Assembly: GCA_030704615.1 (NCBI GenBank)
Contig: CM060734.1
Span: 5,704,001 to 5,768,000 of the forward strand
Length of the DNA stretch: 64,000 nucleotides
Reading direction: 5' to 3'
Source of the DNA: Takakia lepidozioides
Lineage: Eukaryota; Plantae; Bryophyta
In this document: positions 26,315 through 37,390 of the stretch, piece by piece
Layout of the letters: the number at the start of each line of letters is the position of its first letter
Numbering within the stretch: position 1 is the stretch's first letter
Position numbers and translations under genes: made by a program
The notes under the pieces: model-generated
Database searches by the model: none
Seen by the model: only the letters and a program-made list of their open reading frames with translations
What the model was told of the DNA's origin: nothing

Positions 26315-27030
26315 TGTCACGCACCTAACTTCGGTAAGCTCCCCTTCAAGTCATAGTTACTCGCTTTGATGCGCGCGCCTAACTCCCAAACTGGCCGCCG
26401 GGCCAACTCGGAGCTTCGGCTGCTCACCGGGACATAACGGTCCCCCTTTACTCCTCCACTTGACCCTCTCTCAATTTGGGCCAAGTGGAAATTCCCTTTG
26501 GTCGATGGCAGTCCGGAACAGCTCCCCACACCTTGGTCGCTTTCCGGCGCACGCTTACTCAGTTTTGGTCACCGACGGGCTTGCACCGTTCTCGGGGTAC
26601 TACTCCCCTATATATACTTCTGTGACTGTCCGCGGGGTTTCACAAACAACCATGCCATTTATGGCGAACCACCACGAAAACCCTCGATTCCAGTGATGAG
26701 TCGCGGTGAGTCTGGGCCCACCCACCACGGCCCCATTGGACCGTGATGAGTCCAAGACTCCCCACGACTCCCACCACAAGGTCTCTGCCCCCATGGTGAG
26801 TCCTATGCCACCCCCACTAAGTCCCACTAAGCTACCACCACCCCTCGTGGAACCACCCCCACCGCAACCCGGTGTGCAGGGCTCCACCTAATGAGCGCCT
26901 CCGCCTCCTTGAGTGCCTTGGGCACTCAAGGGTGCTTCAGCCCCCGTATCTATTGTTGCAACTGCCCCCACCACAGGGGCATCCCCTCTTGTGTCCCGAC
27001 CCCCTGCCCTCAAGGCGAAGGGCCGCGACA
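26315..27030 (-). mobile_element. Solo LTR of G1 family, 5-bp TSD GGAGA
   Basis: TGTCACG...CGCGACA, with GGAGA at 26310-26314 and 27031-27035; no PBS or internal sequence. Confidence 0.95.
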
Positions 27031-27364
27031 GGAGAGCTCCCGTGGCGCGGCGCAGTGTCATCATGGTCATGCGACATCCATCGAATCCGATGGCTCAGAT
27101 TATATCTGGGATCTCCTTGGACGGTACCGATTACATTGATGTCGTCGTGCATGTACATCATAGATGATATCCACACGTGGCGGCCATGCTGAAGTCGTAC
27201 TGTCGGGTACGGGGAGGCCCCCGTCACAGTCATTATGGCAAGTAATTAATGAAACGATTCCCCTTGCTGTACAAGCCTCATGTATGGGTGTGGTTGGCCT
27301 CATGCCCAATGTCAAGTTAAATAAGCACAGTGTGAAAACAGCTAGAATAAAACTAGTTATTTGT

Positions 27365-27424
27365 ATTTAACACTTGGATTTAGGTCAAGTGTTAAATCAG
27401 GTGTCAAGTTTAGTTTGACACCTG
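27365..27424. other. Two abutting perfect inverted repeats (12-bp and 10-bp stems)
   Basis: ATTTAACACTTG-N9-CAAGTGTTAAAT followed directly by CAGGTGTCAA-N7-TTGACACCTG. Confidence 0.75.
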
Positions 27425-30400
27425 GTCCGTCTTATCTTCACGAGAGCGGCAGTCGCGCAGCTCATCTCTCTCGACTTGAGCCTGCGCGACCGAGCTCCTT
27501 CATCGCTTCAGGACTGAGTGTGCTTATGAGGGAGTATAGGTGTTTGTGGGTGGAGTCCCCATACTTGGGGTGGCTCGACTTCTATTTAAAGAGTGATAGC
27601 GATGGATCATGTTGTTTCTGGTGTGAACAGTGTGTCTCTACGCTTGTTTATCACTCGAGAGAGATGACCGTTATCTAGTGTGCTGATGCTAAGCTAGATA
27701 CAATGTTTGTTTTAGCATTATTATAATATATATCTTGGGGCGGGAGTCCATTTGGCCCTGCTGTTTCCATGGGCTGTGCGCGCAGATTTAGTTGTCGTCT
27801 CTGCTCGTGAGTTTGAAAACCAAGAGGTGTGGAGGTTGAAGACGTTGATAGTTGGCTTCCCTACTCTCTTTCACTTGGACGGAGGGAGACGAGACTGTGT
27901 AAGCTTTGGATTCGGACCCAAAACAGTTGGGAGTGGCTGGATCACGAAGTGCAATAGTTTGGGGTGGCGTCATCCCTGGTTGTGATGGCTTCCTCTGGTG
28001 GAGGTGCTGCTGCTTGCACCTGCCGGAGAAAAGGAGAAAAATGCGCAGGAATGTCGAGACGAAGTATGCAGACATAGGCAGTGAAATGAGAGGCCTGGCA
28101 GAGTGGATTGAGAGTTGGTTGCAATCTCCTTAGTGAAAGAAAATTTAATTTGCCGTGGAGAAACAAGATGTGGAGGTGGCATGGCGATGTCTGTGGAGCT
28201 CGGTGTTGGCAGAGTGTGGAGCGCTGTGTTCATCTCTGTCGGACGTTGTCCTCTTTGCTGATGCAGCTTTGACGACGGAGACTCAAGTGTCTGGCAATCC
28301 ATTTCTTCTCGCTTGCACTTCCTGCGTTTCCTCTTTGCGATTGCGCATCCTATGATGGAATGGCGGAGAAGGTGATGTAAGAGAAGTGTGGAGGTGTGGG
28401 GCTCGGGGGCAGCAAGGGAGTGAATGCTAATTGGATGGAGGCAGTCACAAGAAGGAAAGCGGGCGTAGAGTGCCTGGCAAGGTCGCGTGGCCAATGCTGC
28501 CCAGTGCCCACTCTCTGCAAATGCTGAGCGTTCGTTCTTCAGCTTGAAACTGGGGTCGTGCTTCAACTTGCATGTGAGAAAGTAAGGAGGAGTGGGAAGA
28601 GGAGCTTGCTGCCTGGCTGGGTCGCGGTGCATTGCTTTGGTACAGCGGAGAGAGGTAGTCCGGGGATGCCAGCACGTCAAAGGCCTTTCAATCTTACCTT
28701 GCAGCCTGATCCTGGAAGCCATCTCCATAACAAAGGCCTTGTTGTCCTTGAGCAGCGCAATCCCATCAGTGGTCGGGTTCAGCAGCTCGACTGCCCAATT
28801 CGGGGTCGACGTTCATGCCCTTTGAAGCTGGTTCCATGTCCAGCGCATGCTGTTGGAGCACCTAGTAGCCCATCTACAATTGCAGTGGGGCTGAGAGCTA
28901 GTGCCTTCGAGGATTGGCTGACGTTCGTTCGTGGGGCAAGGAGAGTGTGGCAAGCTCTATAGATGCGAAGGTTTTGTGAGGAGATGGCGATGGCTTCTGA
29001 CGCAAGTGAAAGACTAAGAAGGTTAAGGAGATTTGCTAATAAGTGCAAATCGCAGCCTGGTGGAGTGAATGCTCTACCTAATATCTGCCAGACTTGCGCA
29101 TACTCTGGATTCCGTGGTCGCTCCTCATCTGTGGGAGACTGGAGTGTGTGTCTCGGGTTCCTGTCCCGGCGGTCACGGGTGTGCTACCAGGAGTTTGCTT
29201 CTCAAATATAAAAATGAAGGTGGCGAAGTATGTGCCTGCAAGTCGGTGATTGTCCCTCTCTCGATCTGACCAGCCAGGATTCAAGGGCGGCTTGTTCTGA
29301 CCCCACTGTCTCGCCTTCTGTCTCTCGGGAAGACGCGGCCTGGTCTTCTTCACAGGCAAAACTTGGAAACAATGGTGATATAGGGACTTCCAATTGATGT
29401 GCATTTCATGGGGCGATCGTTGGTGGTCACCATCTGGTCTCGTGCGGACTTGGTTTGGAGTGCCTGGTCGTCAGCAAAGTGTTGCTCGTCAGGGAGGTGC
29501 ATGTCGCTGACTCCTTTGTCCCCTTTGATTGGGTCCAACTGAGCAGAGCCTTCGTCTTTGTTGCTCACCCCGGTCGTATCCTGTTTCACTAGAGTGTAGA
29601 GGTTGAGGGAAGCCTATGGGGTGCTAAGCCTGTTGAGCAGGGGTGTGTACTGGTGATACGAGCGTGGGTCAGGGAGCTACTTGGTTCAAGCGCAAAGGAT
29701 CAAAGCCCTGGAGTCAGCATAGTCGGGGAATGCCTCGAGAAACCCGTAGATAACCAGGGAACAGGGAACCAAGACAAGTATTAAAATATTTAAAAAAAAA
29801 AAAAAAAAGGTGTTATGTTTAAAGAGCCTGATTGGTCATATCTTTGTCAAATGGGCTCTGTTTGACTCAGTTTTTGAGGGGATAGCTGCAGAAAGGGGAA
29901 ATCTTTCATTTTTAGGACTCTGCTAAAAATCTATGGAATTTTTAGAGTGTGAGTGTGTCATGAAAGATCCACAATTCTGTTTCTAGAACCTGTGCTGGTC
30001 TATATGAGAGACAAATCTGTGGATGTACTCCTTGTATGGCTGGGGGAAATGAGGACGTAATTGAAGGGCATGTCTCTTCTCTTAGCCTGTGCACACAAGG
30101 GACAGGATTTATGTTTCCCAAGGAACTCAGACTGATTGAGTGGAGAACAGTTGGACGAGTTGATTGCATACTGGGAGTCAGGCATTAGCAGTAGACAACA
30201 GACTGCTGTAGTTGGCGTTGAGGGCCTCAATATCGCTTTGGACAGTCAGAACTCTGTTGGAGCCAGCAGTTCTGCAGCTGTAAGTGAAATACCAGTGTTC
30301 AGTGAGCGGGAGATAGCAGAGTGTTGCTTTGTCTCTACTTGGCAAAAAGAGGAGGAGGGTTGGTTAGAGCGAGCTACTGTAGCTTGGGACAAGGTTAGTG

Positions 30401-31031
30401 GCAGGTTTCTGGACATAGATATACCTCCTACACCTTACCATCATGCAGAGCGAGGCACTTTGAGAGAAGTCTGGCAGTTGATAGCATAGATCAGGATTAG
30501 ATCTTGCTGGGTCGGGCTTCTATTCTTCCCCTCCATCTCTGTACTATTTTCATTACCTTGTACTTGTAGTTGCCAAAGCCTCTGTTGGTGGAGGCCAGTC
30601 AGTCCGGGTTTTTGGGCTGGGATATTCTGCAGGATCAGCGTTGCTGCTGGATTTTGGTGTGGGGGTGTTGATGTTTTGATTTCTTGTGTTTGGATCCCCC
30701 CCAACACCTGCATGCTTGACTGTGCGCCATGTTGGTTTTGTGTGGGCGCTTGCTTTCATAGGGAATAGGCCGGATTTGATCACCGGTCAATCCTAGAGTA
30801 TGCTGTCGGTGGTGAGGCTGGAGTGATGACCAGCAAGACCACCAGTGTTTCTTCTATGGTGAGGCTGGGTTGATGACCAGCCAACCATAGGAGTTCTTGC
30901 GGTGGATGCAGGTGCAGGTGCCCTGAGCCATTGGGATATGACCCTTAAACTGCAACAGGTGCCCACCCGTGTCACTATTAGAATTAGTAATAGAGCCTTA
31001 TAGTGTCACGTGGGGGAGGTGCACATTGTGA

Positions 31032-32953
31032 GTGTCATTACGGAGTTACCCAAGGGTTTTGAGGGGAGTACAGCTACAGGTAAGTAACAGTGAGAGTGGG
31101 TTCACAAGACGAGGTATTCGGTTCAGACCACCTTCACCGCCACCCTCAACTACTGTAGAGTCAGACACAGACTCGGAGGCTTCATCAACAGGTGTGCAGT
31201 TTCATTCGCCATTGTTGTGGGACGACATGGAGGAGATGTATGGAGCTACCAAGGGGCCTCGTAGATACTCTGGAGTTGTGGGCACAATCGAGTTGGATGA
31301 CTTTATCGAGGAGTTCGACAGCTGGTGTGATTTGCAGCAGATGCGCAATCCACAGCTATTCACCCCATTCATGGCGTGGAAGGGACTGTTTCAGCATTTG
31401 GAAGGCCCGCCTATGGACGATTACCACGAGTTCAGGCGAGGACATGAAGCAAAGATTGAGGAGTGGAGGATGTATTGGTCACCTGACTACGTCTCCATTA
31501 CTCGAGGCACGACGCGACCAGTAGCTGCATCAGTACCAATAGCTCCCATGCCAGCACTAGTAGTGGAGCAAGTAGTGCTGGTACTTCTGTAGGTGGTACC
31601 AGTTCAAAAGGTGCTACTACTCCTCCTGCCACGACTACAACACATGTGCCTAGATTCAACCCGGTGGTGGAGTTCTTCCAGGAGTTGCGGAGGAACTACC
31701 AAGGTGTACGGACAGAGAAGCTGCGAAGTTTGCAAGACTTCCAGCGCAAACCCAGTGAGAGCCTGCGAGAGGCATACACTCGTATGAGGCGCTTGATAAG
31801 TGTGACCCAAGGGGTTACTGAAGCTCAGGCAATCCAGTTTTGGTATGGAATTCTGGACAAGGAGCTCAAGAGAAGGGTGCGAGATGCAACCCTGTTACAA
31901 GCAGCCCAACCCACATTAGCAGATGTGTTTCTGCTGGCTGAGCGGATTGAGCTCAACATGGTGGAGGAGGAAGTTGTTACAATTGGATTTGGCAAGGACA
32001 TGCCTGCACGGGGCACAGTTGTCAGCCCACAAGCACAAGGGACTGCCCAACAGCGTGGTCAGGGGGGCAAGGTTGCCCAGCCCAAGTTCCATGGAGCTTA
32101 CAGGGGACCTCAGGTGCAGAGGCCCGTGGCGTCTTTTGCAGGCCAACAACAACCAGGGGTGATATGTTGGACATGTGGAGGACCACATGTCAAGAGAGAT
32201 TGCCCAGAGAATGGCAGCAGGCCGGCACAAGCACAGCCTGCACAGTTGCAGTGTGGGCATTGTGGCAAGTATGGGCATGGAGATGCCCAGTGTTATGACT
32301 TGCATCCTGAGTTGCGCCCAGGCCAGTTCCAAGGGAACAATGGTGGCCGAGGGCGAGGTGGACCAGCCCAGAGAGGACGAGGTGGTCGGGCACGAGGTGT
32401 AGGCCAAGGGCAAGCTCAACGTGGCCAAGGACGCGGAGGTCAGGGTGTTGATCAAGGCATGGCCAACCGGCTTCAGCAGCTAGAGCAGAGGCTCGCTGCC
32501 ATGGCTATAGCTCAAGCGGTACCGGCTCCCAGGTGGGATGGTCCACCTCCTGTTCCTGAGGGAGGAGATATGGGAGGCATGGGATTCATGTGCGGAGCAG
32601 CACTACCACTAGAGCAGGTGGAGTCTGCTGCAGCCGTGACTCGAGGAGCAGCACGAGTTCCTGAGCCACGAGGTGCAGAGGTGGAGTTGGATCCACAACG
32701 TGGGGAGGCAAGCCGTCAAGCGAGGCTGCCTCAATCATTCACCTTGGCGGAGACAGTGTCAACGCCATCCATGGCACCTAGTTCTCGCCCGACTGTTACC
32801 GAGGCGGAGGTTTCTATGCCATTAGGGAGAGCTACACATGCAGCACTGACATCTGCTACCAAGGCTAGTGCAACCGGTGTGTTATTGGGGGCAGCCACCT
32901 CTGTGTGTCAAGCCCCACTGTTCTCGGCAACCATGATTGCGACGCCGGGGTAA
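31032..32953 (+). pseudogene. gag with two zinc knuckles (frameshift near 31600)
   Basis: QRKPSESLREAYTRM gag motif, CWTCGGPHVKRDC and CGHCGKYGHGDAQC, followed by an RGG-rich tract. Confidence 0.85.
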
Positions 32954-33148
32954 GACCAGCTGCAGTGTTTAGACTAGCAGCAACACTCTGTGAGAGTGGG
33001 GAGGTCACTTCATCTTCTGCGGAGTTAGTGGAAGGTGTAGTGGCAGAGGGATCCTCGGGTTTGAGGGTCAAGACTGCCAGGCTGCGCCCTGGCAAGCTGC
33101 AGCTGCCAGGTTGACGGAGCTGCCAGCTAGGCCGCCTTTGAGCGCGCC

Positions 33149-33598
33149 ATGGTGACACCTGGAGTTGTCTTGTTAGACAACCAGGGAGGCATTTTCACTT
33201 TGAGTGGACCGGCAGGCAAGAAGTACCGGCCACTGCGGGTCTTGTTGGACTCGGGAGCTCAGCCACTGATGTTGGGCAGAGCTGCTATTGCAGGTTTGGG
33301 CCTCATGGAGGTGGATATGGAGCCTTGTCCTTTCCAGATACAGACATCTCTGGAAGGATCAGAGCAGGCTCGGGGCATGACACGACATCAGTTGGCCATT
33401 AGACTGCAGCCGGATCATCCTATCGATGGCTCAGTAATGCGAGCCAAGGCCATTGTGACAGACGCGGTCTCTTACGATGTCCTCGTTGGTGGGGCAGTGT
33501 TATACCCCATGGGCTTCACCCTGGACTTTTGGGAGGAGTCAGCATCCTATGGCCTGGATGGCAGTCAGGCGATGGTCGTCGTGCACAGCTCCCTGTGA
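33149..33598 (+). pseudogene. Retroviral-type aspartic protease
   Basis: VLLDSGA active site; downstream YDVLVG motif. Confidence 0.8.
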
Positions 33599-33949
33599 CA
33601 TTCATTGGGGGTATAGCGGCTGCCCAGCGGGGCAAGATGCCAACACTAGCTGCCTTTACAGCTGCAGTTAGTTAGCCTGGAGAGTTGCTGGAAGGCAATG
33701 CCCATGCAGAGGATGTGCCACCTCCAGCAGAGCAGGATGACATGCATGGTATGGCGGAGTTGCCTGCCATGGTTGCTCACACTCCATTGTGGGGTACGAG
33801 CAAGGATTTGCAACAGGTTGCTGATCGACGGGTGCAACAAGCCTGGGTAGAGGCTTTGTACCGTCAGGAGAGGAGGAGAGTGCGGGTATTGCACCAGGAC
33901 CACCTCAGTTGTCACCATTGGATACCACACCTATTGTGTGGCAGTATCC

Positions 33950-34930
33950 GGATGAAGGCATTTCCTTCTGGACTTGTTTGGCGGGATCAGCACCGGATTG
34001 GCTGCTGTGCTACAGGCAGGTGTGCGGGTAAGGCATTACCTGTATGTGGAGAGGGATGAGACTGCACGACGCGTCTCACTGCGCCATGTTGCTCAGTTGG
34101 TACAACAATACCCTGACTTGTTGCCAGTGTCTGCAGTTCGTGGATACCAACAAGCCTTGCCAGCAGACATTTCCTTGTTGGGGGCGCAAGATTTGGAGCA
34201 GGTTGGCTCCATTGATCTGATAGTGGCAGGTTGGCCCTGCCAAGGGCATTCATCAGCCGGGCATGGCAATGGATTGCGAGACTTGAGGACGGGTCTGTTT
34301 TGGGAGATGGTGCGGGTTTTGCGCCACTTGCAGCTTCATCAAGCTGTATCTCCAGCATACATCTTGGAGAATGTGCCACTAATGGGTGATTCTCGGGCCA
34401 GGGTGATGGCCAGTGTGCATCAAGTCCGGTCGTGGCTTGGGTCAGCAGTGCTGCTGGATGCAGCTGCAGTGGGATCACGGGCTCATCGTCCACGGCTTTG
34501 GTGGACTAACTTGATGCCACCCGCACTGCTCAAGCGTGCATTTGATGGGGTGCAGCGGCTAGCACACCTCACCGTGGATGGCATTTTGGACACAGGGAGG
34601 CAGTCTCAACGTGTGAGACACGATGACCGTTGCCTTTGGCAGTGGTCAACAGGGTGGGTCAACCACGAGCAGCATTACCTACACTGCTGAGCTTCCCAGG
34701 ATCCCATGCTTTTCGGGATGGTGGACCTGGCCTCTTGTGGGATAGCCAGTTGCAACAGTTAGTGGAGCCTAATGCCAATGAGCGAAAGCGGGCTATGGGA
34801 TTTTCCACTGGGACCACGGCGGTGCCTTCTATTTCTGAGGCATCACGTCGTCAGGTGTTGGGGCAAGCAATGGATCTCAATTGCTTGACCTGGATTATCA
34901 GCTTGGCTATGGCTGAGCAACGTAGAGTGC
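33950..34930 (+). pseudogene. C5 cytosine DNA methyltransferase domain (DNMT3/DRM-like motif style), frameshifted
   Basis: Motifs I LDLFGGISTG, II VERD, IV DLIVAGWPCQGHS, VI LENV, VIII RPRLWWTN, IX ERKRAMGF and X LGQAM. Frameshifts at ~33961 and ~34630. Confidence 0.9.
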
Positions 34931-35364
34931 GGAGTGCACTTCCCTTGATGGTCTCTCTGTCTACCGAGACGGTACAGGCAGCGAGTGGGGGCGAGCCGGT
35001 GAGGACCACGGGGTGTAGACATCCATGGCACACGTGGGAGGTGCTCGAGGTTCAGAGGGAGTTGGCAGCCAAGGCAGCAGTGATGGATGAGGTTGGGGAT
35101 TCCTCTCGGGATGAGGAGGTTCTCAATGATGAGATAATCAGGCAGGATGAGGCCTTGTCATTGACTGAGCAGGAAGGGAGTACTGCTCAAGAGGTTGTAG
35201 CATAGCAACCACGGGACGCGTCCTCTACCTCTAAGCCCACTGGACTTAAGGTTGCAGTTACGGAGGACAATTGGGAGCCTGACATTGGACCCATTGTCAC
35301 CGGAGGAGAGAGACGACGTATACGGCGGTTCCTGAGGGCTTACAGGAATTGCTTTGCCTTCAGT

Positions 35365-36849
35365 TTGAAGGACTTGAGAGCACTGAAGGGTCAAGAGATC
35401 CGTATTGAGTTGGCCACTGACACGCCAATCTTTCGGAGACCCTATAGATACAGTGACATGGAGAGGTCTTTGATTCAGATGAGGACTCAAGATCTCTGGG
35501 AGGCAGGTTTGGTGGAGCTCTCTGGTGGAGAGTATGCTTCAGCCACAGTGATGCCGGCCAAGAAGGATGTCTATGGCAATTGGACGGAGAGACGTATGTG
35601 CGGTGATTACCGGCCTGTAAATCGTCAGACCAAGTCCGATAGGTATGCCATGCCGACACCAGAGGAGATCTTTGATGCCATTGGGCATTCCAAGGTCTTT
35701 AGCACGTTGGATTTACGATCCGGATATCACCAGTTGCCGATCAAGGAGGCGGATAAGCAAAAGACGGCATTCTGGGGGATCAATGAGCACGGGAAGGATT
35801 GCCTATACCAGTGGCGGTTCTTACCATTTGGGCTTAAAAACGCTCCCACTGAGTTTCAAAGAGTCATGGACAGGATTCTAGCAGGGGTGGAGTTTGCTCG
35901 GTGCTACATAGATGACATCATCATCTTTAGTGCTACGGTGGAGGAGCATGAGAGACACCTTCAGGGGGTATTTGAGCGCTTGAGGGCGCACGGATTGAAG
36001 TTACATCCGGGAAAGTGCAAGTTTTTCCACAACCAGATTGAGTATCTGGGTCACATGATATATCCTGGAGGATTGGGGGTACAGCAGACTAAGGTAGAGT
36101 CCATTGCACACGTTCCACGCCCCACGGATGTGAGCCGAGTTCAAGCATTCATGGGGTTAGCAAACTATTACAGACGGTTTGTTAAGGGATTTAGTGCCAT
36201 TGCAAAAGCTCTAACCAAGCTGACCAAGGTGGACCAGGAGTGGCAGTGGGAAGATGAGCAAGAACAAGCTTTTCAAGAGCTCAAGGCGAGGTTGACCTCG
36301 GCGCCCATCTTGAGACGACCTATCAGGGGGCGTCCTTTTCAGCTGCATACAGATTGGAGCATGCTAGGGCTTGGAGCGGTGCTCACACAGGTGGATGATG
36401 AGGGAAGAGAGTTCGTAGTGGCTTATGCTAGCCGCTCGAACAACACTGCAGAGTCTAAGTATAGCTCATATGAGGGAGAATGCTTAGCTGCAGTGTGGGC
36501 CGTGGCACACTTCAGGTGCTATCTATACGGCAATCTCTTCACCCTTGTCACGGATCACCAACCACTCAAATGGTTGATGGAGTCAGACAAGCTTACGGGG
36601 AAGCTTGCACGGTGGGCACTCATCCTTCAAGAGTATGACTTTCAGGTGGTGCATCAACCGGGTTTGGTCAATCGCAATGCAGATGGGTTGAGTCGCAATC
36701 CATGCACGAGCCAACAAGATGACACTGGAGCTCGGTGGCATGGTGAGACGGACGAGGAGATGGTGCCCGGATGGCATGCATCTGCATTTCTGTGTATCTT
36801 GGCAGCGGAAGGCCAGGTTGGACCTGCAACAGGGATGACTGTAGATTAA
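35365..36849 (+). CDS. Reverse transcriptase - RNase H (open segment of G2 pol)
   Basis: [27 protein letters not shown]; RNase H TDWS..E..TDH..ADGLSR. Confidence 0.93.
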   Translation: MKDLRALKGQEIRIELATDTPIFRRPYRYSDMERSLIQMRTQDLWEAGLVELSGGEYASATVMPAKKDVYGNWTERRMCGDYRPVNRQTKSDRYAMPTPEEIFDAIGHSKVFSTLDLRSGYHQLPIKEADKQKTAFWGINEHGKDCLYQWRFLPFGLKNAPTEFQRVMDRILAGVEFARCYIDDIIIFSATVEEHERHLQGVFERLRAHGLKLHPGKCKFFHNQIEYLGHMIYPGGLGVQQTKVESIAHVPRPTDVSRVQAFMGLANYYRRFVKGFSAIAKALTKLTKVDQEWQWEDEQEQAFQELKARLTSAPILRRPIRGRPFQLHTDWSMLGLGAVLTQVDDEGREFVVAYASRSNNTAESKYSSYEGECLAAVWAVAHFRCYLYGNLFTLVTDHQPLKWLMESDKLTGKLARWALILQEYDFQVVHQPGLVNRNADGLSRNPCTSQQDDTGARWHGETDEEMVPGWHASAFLCILAAEGQVGPATGMTVD

Positions 36850-36914
36850 GTGTCTGAGGACCCTGAGGCAGCAATGAGCAAGGTGGCGCCAAAGATATAC
36901 ATGAGGATTCAGTT

Positions 36915-37390
36915 GTGTTGGACTACCTCCGCACTGGAGACACGGCAGCCACTGTGACTGCCAAGGAGAGGGATCGGATCCTACAACGAGCCAAGAGGTT
37001 CAAGTGGGAGGGGACACACCTGCTCCGAGTGTGGGAGGATGGTCGAGTGAGGATTGTGCCTCACCCAACACAGTGGGCACGGTTGGTGCGCCATGCCCAT
37101 GAGGAGTTGGGGCATTTTGGGGTGCGACGCACTCATAGTCTACTACAGGGGCAGTATTGGTGGCGTGGTATGCACACAGAGGTGCAACAATTTGTGGCTA
37201 GGTGCATGGTATGTGACAGGGTGCGTGCTTCATTCAACGCCCCTACTCCACAATTGCACCCTCTTCCGATCATGGGATTGGGCTACAGGTGGAGTCTTGA
37301 CTTCGCAGGGCCGTTGCCACTAACCATGCGCCACAACAAGTACGTGTTGGTGATGGTGGAGCACTTCTCCAAGTGGATTGAATTGGTTCC
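36915..37390 (+). pseudogene. Integrase N-terminus (HHCC zinc finger plus start of core), truncated
   Basis: HEELGH..CMVC, SLDFAGP and VEHFSKW; homology stops at ~37390. Confidence 0.9.

Larger units (their letters stand above)
6920..27330 (-). mobile_element. Putative large degenerate element C (boundaries uncertain; interrupted by A2 and a solo LTR)
   Basis: The palindrome ACGGGAG-NN-CTCCCGT recurs from ~7143 to ~13350 and again from ~25066 to ~27225. A2 and the solo LTR both have clean TSDs, so the flanks were once contiguous. No transposase is seen in the window. Confidence 0.5.
31032..37390 (+). mobile_element. Ty3/Gypsy retrotransposon G2 carrying a C5 DNA methyltransferase (3'-truncated; LTR not identified, may extend upstream to ~27330)
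   Basis: Domain order is gag - 2 CCHC knuckles - protease - DNMT - RT - RNase H - integrase on one strand. Confidence 0.88.

Noticed and set aside
27745-27770. Possible LTR end plus PBS (..CCA TT TGGCCCTGCTG) for G2
   Set aside because: It does not match a tRNA 3' end I recognise, and there is no second LTR to compare.
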